Shown: piece by piece, positions 40,913 through 51,100 of the stretch | Position numbering within the stretch: position 1 is the first letter of the stretch | How the letters are laid out: each line of letters opens with the position of its first letter | Notes under the pieces: model-generated | What the model saw: only the letters and a program-made list of their open reading frames with translations | Databases searched by the model: none | What the model was told of the DNA's origin: nothing | Position numbers and translations under genes: made by a program | Origin: Akkermansia sp. | Lineage (GTDB): Bacteria > Verrucomicrobiota > Verrucomicrobiia > Verrucomicrobiales > Akkermansiaceae | NCBI GenBank assembly: GCA_045653545.1 | Contig: JAZOMC010000014.1 | Coordinates: 3,880-67,879, forward strand | Direction: 5' to 3' | Length of the DNA: 64,000 nt

Positions 40913-41962
40913 ATGGATATTTCGTTTACCAAAAAGACAGTAGACCCGAGGACGGGCATCACGTATTACAGCTGTAATAGGAACATTCAGTTCATGCTGG
41001 TAGGACATGTAGGCGTTGGCAAAACGTCTTTAATGGCCTCAATGTTACATCAGATTAACGCTATGGGGCTTTCCGGTTATTTTTCTCCGATTGGAGATAC
41101 CGGTCAGGCGTTGACAGATTTATGTCACCAGATGACGGCATGTCTACAAAAGACCGGAGACTTTACCGGCGTAAACGGCATTATAAAAACGGCCGATATC
41201 TTCTTTTTTGAGTTTGAGTTAAGCGAAGCTTCTCGCAATCCTCAGGATAAAAAGCGTTTTCTTTTTCCCGTTAAAATAGCAGATTTACCTGGATCTTGGT
41301 ACTCAGATTCAAAGATTACCAGCGATAAAGAGAAAGAGGACGTGAAAAATATGTTAACAGACTCACAGGTCAGTTTAATCTGCGTTGATGCCCCTTCTCT
41401 GATGGAAGGAGACAATAAGCAATTTGCCGACTTCAATGCTCCCGTTAAAATTTCATCCTGGTATCAGAACAATAGTATTCTTCATCAGTTAAAAGAGAGA
41501 GGCCATAAGGTTATATTCATTATCTCTCGCTGCGAAAAATACAGAAATAAACGCGAGGAAATGAAAGAGAAGCTTCGAAACTGTGAAGCGTATAAAGGTT
41601 TGATTTCAGCCATGCTGAAAATAGGAATCCCCGTGGAGTTGACTTATGTACACACATTGGGAGGGGTGAGTTTTGACCGTTTCACCAAAGATGAATATGG
41701 GTACTGGACTGAAGAGTTTAAAATCGACGGCTCCTATAAGCCGGAAAATTGCCATACGCCTCTGCTTCGAGCCTTGCAACATGCCTGCAACAGTGTACTC
41801 AAGAAATTAAAAAAACGCAATGCTAAAGCCGGCGTTAAAATAACTAATATGCTGGGCATGACACAACTGGACAACGCGCAGGAGGCTATGGAAACTATCT
41901 GTGACAAATTGCGCAATGACGCTGAGGAGGATAATCTCCAATACTGGGAATTAGAATCTTAA
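40913..41962 (+). CDS. TRAFAC-class GTPase-domain protein
   Basis: G1 GHVGVGKTS, G3 IADLPG, G4-like ISRCEK; ATG start 4 nt after the upstream stop. Confidence 0.75.
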   Translation: MDISFTKKTVDPRTGITYYSCNRNIQFMLVGHVGVGKTSLMASMLHQINAMGLSGYFSPIGDTGQALTDLCHQMTACLQKTGDFTGVNGIIKTADIFFFEFELSEASRNPQDKKRFLFPVKIADLPGSWYSDSKITSDKEKEDVKNMLTDSQVSLICVDAPSLMEGDNKQFADFNAPVKISSWYQNNSILHQLKERGHKVIFIISRCEKYRNKREEMKEKLRNCEAYKGLISAMLKIGIPVELTYVHTLGGVSFDRFTKDEYGYWTEEFKIDGSYKPENCHTPLLRALQHACNSVLKKLKKRNAKAGVKITNMLGMTQLDNAQEAMETICDKLRNDAEEDNLQYWELES

Positions 41963-41968
41963 CCACAA

Positions 41969-42865
41969 ATGAAAATTTACATACAATCCGCAGGAACACA
42001 TCGGGACTTCAACTGGAAAGTAGCGCCCGACCGCGGCGAACAGCCATGCGACGCGGCCATCGAGCAATACCGCAGTTTGAGCCCCTTCGCCATCAAATTG
42101 GCAATGGTGGCGGCGACCATGCCTGACGGGAGCTACAGACTGGTTATCCGCTCCTTGTATGTCCGAGATAGGAAAGATAAGATCAATAGGCTCATATACC
42201 TGAATCTCTGTATCGAAGGTCTTAGCGAACAACAACTCCGCGCCTTGGCATGCTCGTATCTTCGCGATATACCGCAAGATGGGCTGCATTACTGGCCTTT
42301 AATAACAGAGCATTACCGTGCCAGTGAAGATGACTTCACTATGGATTGGCCGGCACTACAAACGGCTGTGGAGCAAGCAGCAGCAGCTCCCGTGACCGAC
42401 AGTACCACAACGGAGGAAATGACGTTTACTTCTGTAAACGATGCGGAAGAACACCTTCGCTCTCACAAATTATCAGCCGCCGGCGTTGTTCTTTTTGCCC
42501 AGCAGAAAGAAAGCGAGGCAGCACCGCAATTGAAAGTGAGCGGAAGTCAACTAGCGAGCTCTATCCACAAGCCCACCGGACTCGCACGCGGAATCACGGC
42601 CATGACCATCGGCGCAGTGATCATGTTATTATTGGTATGGGCGCTTGTCCCCGGTTACGGCAAAGAACAGCCCTCAGTGGCTACTCTTTTACAAGCTGCA
42701 GATGGGCGAAAACTCGAGTGCAGAGACCAACAGGCGTTGCACAGTAATAAAGCTACTGTTGCCCCTTCAGGAGCCCCACAACAGCTACCTCAATTACCAG
42801 CAGCCGATGAGCGCAAACTCCGTGGCAAAAACCATCAGGCATTGCACAGAAAAAAAGAAAGCTGA
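41969..42865 (+). CDS. Hypothetical membrane-anchored protein, paralog A (KIYIQSAG..RDFNW domain)
   Basis: About 140-aa N-terminal domain shared with the next gene, linker, TM helix, duplicated C-terminal motif. Confidence 0.75.
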   Translation: MKIYIQSAGTHRDFNWKVAPDRGEQPCDAAIEQYRSLSPFAIKLAMVAATMPDGSYRLVIRSLYVRDRKDKINRLIYLNLCIEGLSEQQLRALACSYLRDIPQDGLHYWPLITEHYRASEDDFTMDWPALQTAVEQAAAAPVTDSTTTEEMTFTSVNDAEEHLRSHKLSAAGVVLFAQQKESEAAPQLKVSGSQLASSIHKPTGLARGITAMTIGAVIMLLLVWALVPGYGKEQPSVATLLQAADGRKLECRDQQALHSNKATVAPSGAPQQLPQLPAADERKLRGKNHQALHRKKES

Positions 42866-42892
42866 CACTCAATTAATAGAAAGAGAATCACG

Positions 42893-43504
42893 ATGAGCAC
42901 TCGAAAAATTTATATACAATCCGCGGGAATATATCGGGATTTTAACTGGAAATGCGCAGGCGATAACGGGGCATATACCCAAGCCGGCCCCGGCCCCGAA
43001 GGCATGCAGGCCTACCGCTCATTGTCCAATGCCCAGAGCAAAGCGGCGGTATGCCGCATTCGCTGTGCGGACGGCACATATTGTGCCGTGGCCCGCAATC
43101 TGTACGTACCCGGCAAATGGGATTATGTCAAACGCTCCATTTATTTGAACCTCTGTATCAGCGGCATTTCTAATCAAGAAGCGCGTGCCTTTGAAACAGC
43201 CTTCCACCAAAATGTCGCCGATAAAGAGGGACGATACTGGCCAGCTATTACTCGGCATTATCTGACGGCCGGGGAAGATTTCGACATGGACTGGGCGGGA
43301 CTCCACGAATCACTTGACGAGATACTAAAAACGCCGAGGAACCCTGAAATTTCACTGAGTGATGAGCTCCGTTATGAGGAGGAAGCTCCCCCCTCCCCCA
43401 CCATGAATGCGATAATCAAAGCAGGTACAAAGGCCATCCTCCACACCTCTCTGTTGTTCCTAATATACAAGGTATCGTTATTCTTAAACAAGAAAAAACC
43501 TTGA
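42893..43504 (+). CDS. Hypothetical membrane-anchored protein, paralog B
   Basis: KIYIQSAGIYRDFNWK...IYLNLCISG...YWPAITRHY...DFDMDW; C-terminal hydrophobic helix. Confidence 0.75.
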   Translation: MSTRKIYIQSAGIYRDFNWKCAGDNGAYTQAGPGPEGMQAYRSLSNAQSKAAVCRIRCADGTYCAVARNLYVPGKWDYVKRSIYLNLCISGISNQEARAFETAFHQNVADKEGRYWPAITRHYLTAGEDFDMDWAGLHESLDEILKTPRNPEISLSDELRYEEEAPPSPTMNAIIKAGTKAILHTSLLFLIYKVSLFLNKKKP

Positions 43505-44478
43505 GCGAAACTCAAACAAGAGTGCCGGAAGGCGCACTTTTCAACGGAGGGCTACTGGCAGATGCCGCTCTGGGCAGCGGCAGTGGCCACAGCTTAGCAC
43601 AGCAGCTGGCGGAGTATATCAACACGCCCAATACGACGGTGTACGACAAGGCCATCGATAGCCTGTACCTCAGCACGCACACCGGTGGCTCTCAGTTGCA
43701 CCATTTGGTGGATGGGCAGCATGATATTTTCGGCGCGTTTGAGGCAGCAGCGAAGGCCCTGCCTGATGACAGCATGTGGCAAGAAGTGATGGGCACGGCG
43801 CAGCATCTGGGAAAAGATCTATTCTCTGTATCAGGTCTACCGGTGGTGTCACTACGCCCGGATCAGTTCAGCGGCATGAGCAGCTGGCTGAGCGAGAACC
43901 TGCACATCTCAAAACGCTGGCTGGGTGATTTGCTTCAGATTAATGGGCTGGAGCTTTTCAGCGGTGTGCTCTCCGTGGTGGCCGTGGTGATTGGCTGCAA
44001 ACAGGCAGATATGCAGCAACTGGCTGAGCTGAGCGCGGCCAGCGGACTGTCAGGTATTCTTACCGCTAACCCCATCGGCATGTGCGCCGCTGCCGTCGCG
44101 CTGGCCATGGCATGGAAGCACTGCCGTTCCCCCAAGGAGCTCGGGCGAAGCCTGCTGGTAGGCGGCAGCGCCGCCGGGGCAGCCATGGCAGCAGGCAGCG
44201 CTTTTGCAGCTCTAGGGCTGGGCACCGGCTTGTTACCGGCGCTGGGTGGTATATTGCTCAGCGTAGTGGTGGGCTTTTATACGCGGCGTTTCTTGGTAAA
44301 GCGCCTGTACGGAGAAGCGCCTGCGGTGGCGACAAGTACCACGCCGGAAGCTGCTCTTTTGGAATGGGAAGTTCCGGAGTTAAGCCCTGTGCAAGTCGAT
44401 GTTTGGCGGGCCATGTTGGCATACCCCTACCCCATGGACACAGAGATTCAGCAAATGCTCCGCAAGGTGCTGAAGTAA
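43501..44478 (+). CDS. Hypothetical multi-pass, Gly/Ala-rich membrane protein
   Basis: TTG start overlapping the upstream TGA; HTGGSQLHHLVDGQHD motif; about four glycine-zipper-like hydrophobic helices. Confidence 0.72.
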   Translation: MSETQTRVPEGALFNGGLLADAALGSGSGHSLAQQLAEYINTPNTTVYDKAIDSLYLSTHTGGSQLHHLVDGQHDIFGAFEAAAKALPDDSMWQEVMGTAQHLGKDLFSVSGLPVVSLRPDQFSGMSSWLSENLHISKRWLGDLLQINGLELFSGVLSVVAVVIGCKQADMQQLAELSAASGLSGILTANPIGMCAAAVALAMAWKHCRSPKELGRSLLVGGSAAGAAMAAGSAFAALGLGTGLLPALGGILLSVVVGFYTRRFLVKRLYGEAPAVATSTTPEAALLEWEVPELSPVQVDVWRAMLAYPYPMDTEIQQMLRKVLK

Positions 44479-44665
44479 CTAGCCTCCAATTCCCCCTTAT
44501 AACCGAAAGTGCGATAATGAGATGCCATGCTCACATTATCGCACTTCTTGTTTGTATATCTTTACATGGAAGCAACTGATATGCATATGAGGGCACGCCG
44601 CTTGCAAGCCTTTCATTACGGCAGGTCATAAAACGGGGCACAACTTAATTTCTGCTTCCCCCCAC

Positions 44666-44694
44666 TTGCAAAAGTTTGCACGGTATGGTATAAG
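44666..44694 (+). promoter_or_regulatory. addBA promoter TTGCAA-17-TATAAG (extended -10 TG)
   Basis: 10 nt before the addB ATG. Confidence 0.55.
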
Positions 44695-44704
44695 ATAGAC
44701 ATAC

Positions 44705-47700
44705 ATGAGAACGCCCGATTTAAGAATTTTTCTTGGCTGGCAGAGGCCGGCTATTGAGCTGGTTGCTGAGGAACTTTACAGCCGCTTAAGCTCCAAGGAC
44801 GAGCAGACTGCAGCGCATTATCGCCGAGCCACCTTAGTAGTGCCGACGAGCGAGAGCGGCCGCCGCCTCCGCGAATATATGGCCGAGCTCGCCAAAAGAA
44901 AAACCGGCAAGCCTATTCTCATGCCTAAGATTACTCTGGCGGGGCATCTGATACCAACTGATGAAGACAAGGCGGCCACGGAAACAGAAACGCTGGCGGC
45001 GTGGCTGCACATTCTCAACACCACAAACGCGGATACCCTCAATCAATACGCACCTCTCATCCCCCGCCGCCCTGAAACCCAGTGCGAGCGCTGGGCAGTA
45101 GCCGTGGCGCACAAGCTCATAGCGCTGAGAGCACGCCTTGAAAAAGAGGAAGTTACCTATGATACTGTAACGGGGCAGCTGGCAAAGCGAGAGCAAATCA
45201 TTACCAACAAGCTCAACGCTCTCCCGGAAGATGCTGAAACGGAGAGGCGTAATCTGACCGCTAAGCGCCAAGTCATGCAAAATGAGCAACTGCGGTGGCG
45301 CACGCTGGGCCAGCTGTTTGCCCATGTAGATAAAGTCATCACACAACTTTTCCCGCATAAAATACCGGCAGAACAATATCGAGCCGGGCAAGTAGCCACC
45401 CCCACATGGCAAGGACAAAGGAGCACGCTCATTCTCGCTTGCATTCCGGAGCTTTCTCCCCAGTTGGAGCGTTACCTCCATAACCTGCACGGCACGGAAG
45501 GTGGCAGGGTCGAGGCGTGGATTCATGCCCCCGAGAGCGAAAAGCAGAATTTTGATGCTATCGGGCGTCCGCTAGAAGCCGCTTGGTTCAACCGGGAAAT
45601 TGACATTCCGCAAGCCTTTGTTTATACCGGAGAAACGCAGGAAGACATTGATAACAGCGCCTCCACCATTCACTTGGTAGATGATGATGAGATGCTGGCA
45701 GCGGAAGCCCTCCGCTTGGCAGCAGGCTATGACTCACGGGATGTCGTTCTATCCGTATGTGATGATGAGTTTGCCCCGGCTATCCTGAACACCTTTGCAG
45801 CAGAGGGGTGGCAGCTTAATATCCCGGAAGGCCGGAATGCCCAAAATACAGACATCGGGCGCTTAGCGGCACAGCTGGCAGATGCCTGCGAAGCGCGCGA
45901 ACAGCCGCCTACTTGGAACGATGAAACCGGTGAGCTGGCCAACAATGGCACCCAAGGGCTGGACGCCTTCATGGCCCTGCTCAGCAACACGGCGCTTCAG
46001 CAGGCTCTGGCAAAGAACCCAGAGGAGCTTCTCGGCTTGCAAAAACACATAGAAAGACTCCGCATGCTGCTGCTTCCCGGCAGTGAGAAAGCCTTACTGC
46101 AAATGCTGAAGGAAATCCCCCGCGTGGATGATGGGTACAAATCCATTACGAGGCTCAAAGCGAACCAGAGCTCAGCCTATTACGACTTCGCGGAAGCTGT
46201 CTCCAAGCTTCTTGATGACTTGGGGAATGAGCATACCATCTCCCCGGCCCTCAGTGAGCTGGCAAAGAAACTGGAAAAACGCCTCAGCTCAGGCTGCGCC
46301 AAGCTTCTGTCCTCATCCCTTGCTAATCAGCTGAAAGCCTGCGCTGCTTTACACGCTTATTTACCCTCCAAGCGCTACACCATCGAACTACTCCGCCGAA
46401 GGGTGGAAGATGGGCTCATCTCGCCCGTCTTTGCGGAGCGCACCCGCACCGTAGGAGACCTACTGGGCTGGAAAGAGCTCCCCTACACCCGAGGGAAACG
46501 CGTTATCCTAACCGCCATGCATGATGGGTGCATCCCTGAGCCTGTGCAGGAGGATGATTTCCTGCCGGAATCTCTTTGTGAGGAATTAGGAATCCGCCAT
46601 GAAAAGTTCCGCATAGCGCGTGACAGCTACTTGCTGACGGCGCTTCTGGCCAGCAGACAGCGTGATGACGAACGGGTGGATTTCGTCCTGGCCCGCCAAA
46701 AGAAAGATGGCTCCGTGCTGGCACCCTCCTCCCTGCTCATGCGCTGTGGAGATTCTTTGCCCAAGAGAGCCCTCGCCCTGTTTACCGAGAGCAAAACTCC
46801 CAAGCAGCTCCCCACAGCGGCCCCCTGCCCCCTGCGGAGAGCAGAAGGCTGCAAAAAGGTGGTAGCTCCGGGCGAGCTGGAATCCATCAGCCTGATAGCC
46901 CCCGGCAAGACGAATCCTTTCACCAAGAGTCACACTGATGAACATGGGAATTCTTACCAGAAGAGCTTCTCGCCCTCATCTCTTTCCACCTTCCTACAGT
47001 GTCCGCTCACTTTCTGGATTAAGAACCTGCTCTACATAGACTTAGGGAATAGCTATAAAGAAAACAAAAGTGAGCTGGAGAGCAATGAATACGGCACCGT
47101 CATGCATGCTGTGCTGGATAAACTCGTGGAACGTTTCCCTGATGAAGAAACCCTGCTCCAAGCTTGCCCCGCCGCCGCAACAGACCCGGCAGCCGGCTTG
47201 GAACACATGATGGCCGCCGGTAGAACGATAGCCGAGGCAGAATGGCAAGCCGTGTACAACAGCACCACCACAAGAAACAAGCAAGCTCTCGCCATGGAAG
47301 TGCAGCTGCAAGCCATTCACCGCACCCTGCAAGCATTTGTTGATCAGCACATAAAAGACCTAGCCGACGGCTGGTACAATGTCGCAAGAGAATACACCTT
47401 CACCCCCACCATGGAGCTGCCGAATCAGGAAATCGCCCGCTTCTCCATGAATGCGGACCGAATCGACCGCAACCGAGATGGGCGCTGGCGCATCATTGAC
47501 TACAAAACATCCACCTCAGAAAAGAAGCCGCACAAGATACACCTGGATGAGCTAGAAGACGCGGAAGATTCCCTCTTCTGTAAGTTCATGAACGTGCAGG
47601 GCTATGAGTTCGGCACCGTCATGTTCGGGGCTAAAATGTACCGCTGGAATGATGTCCAGCTTCCGCTCTATGCCTATGGACTGCGCCACCCCTCATCTGA

Positions 47701-48082
47701 GGACCGCGAAAAGCTGGGCATCCCGGCAGGGGAAGACATGTCCACAGTGATACCGGACTTAATCTACTACAATCTGCAAAGCAAGACGGAGAAACTAAAA
47801 GACTTCCCGCTTGTAAAGAATGGAGAAGTCGAACCGATATCGCATCGAATTAAAGAAGTGCCGGAAGCAGAAGAGCTGTTCAGCTCTGCCATGAAAACGG
47901 TAAAAGCAGCCATCAGCATGATTCGGGCCGGCAAGTGCCTCTTCTCAGCAGAGTCACTGGAGTACAAGAACAAGCCATACTCAGCCATCGTAACACCGGG
48001 CACAAACGCGGCACGCTTCGGCGCGCTCACCCTGCAGAGTGACCCCCGCCAGTTATTTAATCTGCCCGCGCTCCAAAAATAA
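44705..48082 (+). CDS. addB: AddB/RecC-like helicase-nuclease subunit (PD-(D/E)xK C-terminus)
   Basis: LVVPTSESGRRL, FSPSSLSTFLQCP, EYGTVMH, ADRID...IIDYKT, QLPLY. Confidence 0.82.
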   Translation: MRTPDLRIFLGWQRPAIELVAEELYSRLSSKDEQTAAHYRRATLVVPTSESGRRLREYMAELAKRKTGKPILMPKITLAGHLIPTDEDKAATETETLAAWLHILNTTNADTLNQYAPLIPRRPETQCERWAVAVAHKLIALRARLEKEEVTYDTVTGQLAKREQIITNKLNALPEDAETERRNLTAKRQVMQNEQLRWRTLGQLFAHVDKVITQLFPHKIPAEQYRAGQVATPTWQGQRSTLILACIPELSPQLERYLHNLHGTEGGRVEAWIHAPESEKQNFDAIGRPLEAAWFNREIDIPQAFVYTGETQEDIDNSASTIHLVDDDEMLAAEALRLAAGYDSRDVVLSVCDDEFAPAILNTFAAEGWQLNIPEGRNAQNTDIGRLAAQLADACEAREQPPTWNDETGELANNGTQGLDAFMALLSNTALQQALAKNPEELLGLQKHIERLRMLLLPGSEKALLQMLKEIPRVDDGYKSITRLKANQSSAYYDFAEAVSKLLDDLGNEHTISPALSELAKKLEKRLSSGCAKLLSSSLANQLKACAALHAYLPSKRYTIELLRRRVEDGLISPVFAERTRTVGDLLGWKELPYTRGKRVILTAMHDGCIPEPVQEDDFLPESLCEELGIRHEKFRIARDSYLLTALLASRQRDDERVDFVLARQKKDGSVLAPSSLLMRCGDSLPKRALALFTESKTPKQLPTAAPCPLRRAEGCKKVVAPGELESISLIAPGKTNPFTKSHTDEHGNSYQKSFSPSSLSTFLQCPLTFWIKNLLYIDLGNSYKENKSELESNEYGTVMHAVLDKLVERFPDEETLLQACPAAATDPAAGLEHMMAAGRTIAEAEWQAVYNSTTTRNKQALAMEVQLQAIHRTLQAFVDQHIKDLADGWYNVAREYTFTPTMELPNQEIARFSMNADRIDRNRDGRWRIIDYKTSTSEKKPHKIHLDELEDAEDSLFCKFMNVQGYEFGTVMFGAKMYRWNDVQLPLYAYGLRHPSSEDREKLGIPAGEDMSTVIPDLIYYNLQSKTEKLKDFPLVKNGEVEPISHRIKEVPEAEELFSSAMKTVKAAISMIRAGKCLFSAESLEYKNKPYSAIVTPGTNAARFGALTLQSDPRQLFNLPALQK

Positions 48083-48103
48083 TCCCAAGCCCTACTTGTT
48101 CAG

Positions 48104-51100
48104 ATGATGAATCAGCAAAAACAAAACACTTCTTCCACCGCGGCGGAGTTTCACGTTACGAGCAATCGTATCGCCGCTTCCGCCGGTACGGGCAAAACAT
48201 ACCAGCTGGCCTCTCGCTATATCACCCTGTTGCTTCTCGGCGCTAAACCGGAAGAAATCATAGCGCTCACCTTCACCCGCAAAGCAGCCGGCGAGTTCCG
48301 CAATCGTATTCTGCATGCTCTAGCGGAAGGTGCTGATGACAAACGTGATAAAAAAACAGGCCGCAATGAACTTGCCGTCCGTGTGTGGGACGTCCTGAGT
48401 GGCCTTTCCGTGGTTCCCACAGAATACGGCCCGTGGGAAGTAGTACCGGCCTCCAACCCCATTCCCCTGCTGCCGGTCACAGAGGCCATCGTGCGGCTGG
48501 CGGCGGAATCCCGCCAATACCCGGAAGAGCTTTACAATGGCAGCGAAGAGCTGCAGGCTTATTATCAGTTCAGACCGGCCACAGCTGCCACCTTTGCGGA
48601 TTTGCTGAAGGATATGGTCACCGTACTCAGCAAACTTCAGCTTTCAACGATTGACAGCTTCTTCTCCACCTTGGTATCAACCAACAGTCTGGAGCTGGGG
48701 ATGAACAATGTCACTCCGGTAGACCCGACGGAAGAAGCTAACATCCGTACCCAAGACGTCCTGCGTTATCTAGATAGCAAAAATAAGGATGAAGGCTCCC
48801 GCGCAGACTTCCTTGCCATGTTCAGCCATATCACGGGAGGCGTGGGGAATACCACACAATCCCGGATTGAAGCAGACGTAAAAGCATTCTTGCACCTCTA
48901 CCGGGAACTACCTCACACTCAATGGGGTAACATTTCCACCTTCTCAGGCGGCAAAAACTTCCGCTTGGCTACGGATGAAGAAATGGAAACATACCGCCAT
49001 GCAGCGGCAGAGCTCAATGAGCTGCTGACGCTTCACGGAAGCGAGCTACTGAAAGACCGAGCTCTCGGTCAATTCAAGGCGCTGGCAAACGGTGCCTTGG
49101 AGCTCAAACGTGAGTCCAAGGCAGTCATGAAGAATGTACCGGAAGGCTCCAACAGTCAAAATCCCCTCAGCCGCATCGCGATGCTGGCAACCCCCCTGCT
49201 AAAGCTCGCAGTCCCCTTCAAACTTCGCAACGCCGCCGATCGCAGCGCTAATCTGCAAAAACTCATCGCCGACTATGCGAAAATCTACGATACCCGCATG
49301 AAAGCGGAAGGCCGCCTTACCTTCAATGATATTTCACGCATGGCGCAAGAGCTCATGCTCCGAGATGAGGCGGATGAACACCTGCTGCGCCACCACATCG
49401 CTTACCGCATGGGGGGCAAGCTGGCGCACTGGATGCTGGATGAGTTCCAAGACACGTCAGAGTCACAGTTCAGCACGCTCACACCGCTGCTCCAACCCAT
49501 CGCGGAAGAGGCCGGCGGCAACACCTTCGACTTCTCGGAAGAACGCTGGACGGCAGCCATGCCGCCGGAGTTGAAAGACAAACTCACGCCTGGCCGCCGG
49601 CACGCCGTAGCCAGAGAGAGCATGTTCATCGTGGGTGATACAAAACAGAGCATCTATGGTTTCCGTACCGGCAAGACGGATGTTTTTGAGCGCCTCGCCA
49701 GTGAGGAGCCTTGGAAAACACCGCTGCAACCCTCCCCCTTGCAGCGCAGTTTCCGTTCCTCGCCCGTCATCATGGATTTCACGAACCAACTTTTCTCCGC
49801 GTTGGAAAAAGTGGAATGCCCTGAAATAGCGGCGGATGGCTGCATTGAGACGGCCCCGGTTACGTTCTCCGCAGATTTCACCAAGCACAGCTCAGCAAAA
49901 AATATACCGGGCTATGTGGAAATGTGCTTCGTTCCCCCGCCTGATAAAAATGAGGAGGAGGACGCCAGCATGAAAACACGGATTTTTGATAAAATCGTAG
50001 ACGTGCTGAAAAAGCTCACCGTTAATGAGGAATCCCCCAAAAACGGCATGAGCATAGCCATTCTGGTGCGTTCTAATAGCGACGCTGACGAAATACAAAA
50101 TCACCTTCGAGATTCTTTACCTAATCTCCGCACCGTACTGGTTAAGGACAGTCTGGCTGCTGTAGCCTGCCCCATGGGCGAGATGCTGCTTTATTTCTTC
50201 AAATGGCTGTTACACCCCGGTGATGAAGCCGCGCTCAGCGTGGCTAGGGCCTCATTCCTCGGGGAACATATCGGACGGGATACGGCAATTTCCCATGCTG
50301 AATGGTTGCAAGAGCTGCAAAATATCGGCTTCCTCGGAGTGGTGCACAAGCTGCTGACCACCTTACCGGCTGAGGATGCTGCTAATAACCAAGCCATTAT
50401 CCGTTGCTGGGAGAATGAAGCGCTCTCGTTTGACACAAGCGGCGGTTCACTGGCGGATTGGGTGCTGCACATGAAAAACCTTAGTGTTCAGGCAGCAGGG
50501 GCAGCCGGAGCCGTTCAGATTATGACCATGCACAAGAGCAAGGGCCTGGAGTTTGATGCTGTCATCCTGCCCTATATCGGCGTGAAGTCTACGGATTCCG
50601 TGTCTGACATCAAATACTTCATTTCCGAAGACAATCAATCCTTCCTCCTTCCCCCCGGTGGTAAAGATGATTGGTCCTATTTCGGCAGCACCTTCACAGA
50701 TTTGGCCACCCAATGGCAACACCAACAACGCAAGGAAGCCTACAACCTCCTGTATGTAGCCATCACCCGCGCCAAACACGCCAATTACATCATCTGCCAT
50801 GGTGCCAAGCTGATGGAGCTGAAAGAAAATAAAAACACAGGGGTTATTACCAAGAGCTGGAAGGCCCCGGCACGTTCCGTGGGCGGCCTTCTTCGCCAGG
50901 CCTGCGCCCTGATGAAGCCCGAGGAGCAGCTCTCGCTTGGCACCCTTACCGAAGAGCAAATCTTCCCCCTCATGGGTGAGGCGCAGTGGTACGAGTCCAT
51001 GGAAAAGAAAACAGCCGCCGCGGCGGAATCTACCACCCCGGCCACACTGGGCGCGGGAATCCCACGCCGCAAGCGTGTGAACCCGTCCGCGCTCGCAAGC

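Larger units (their letters stand above)
27541..44600. other. Accessory region / probable genomic island between tRNA-Val and addB
   Basis: tRNA-adjacent, visibly more A/T-rich codon usage than the flanking core genes (not computed), non-housekeeping content; no integrase or att repeat seen. Confidence 0.55.

Noticed and set aside
27500-44700. attR-type duplication of the tRNA-Val 3' end, or an integrase
   Set aside because: None found by eye; a short degenerate repeat cannot be excluded without computation.
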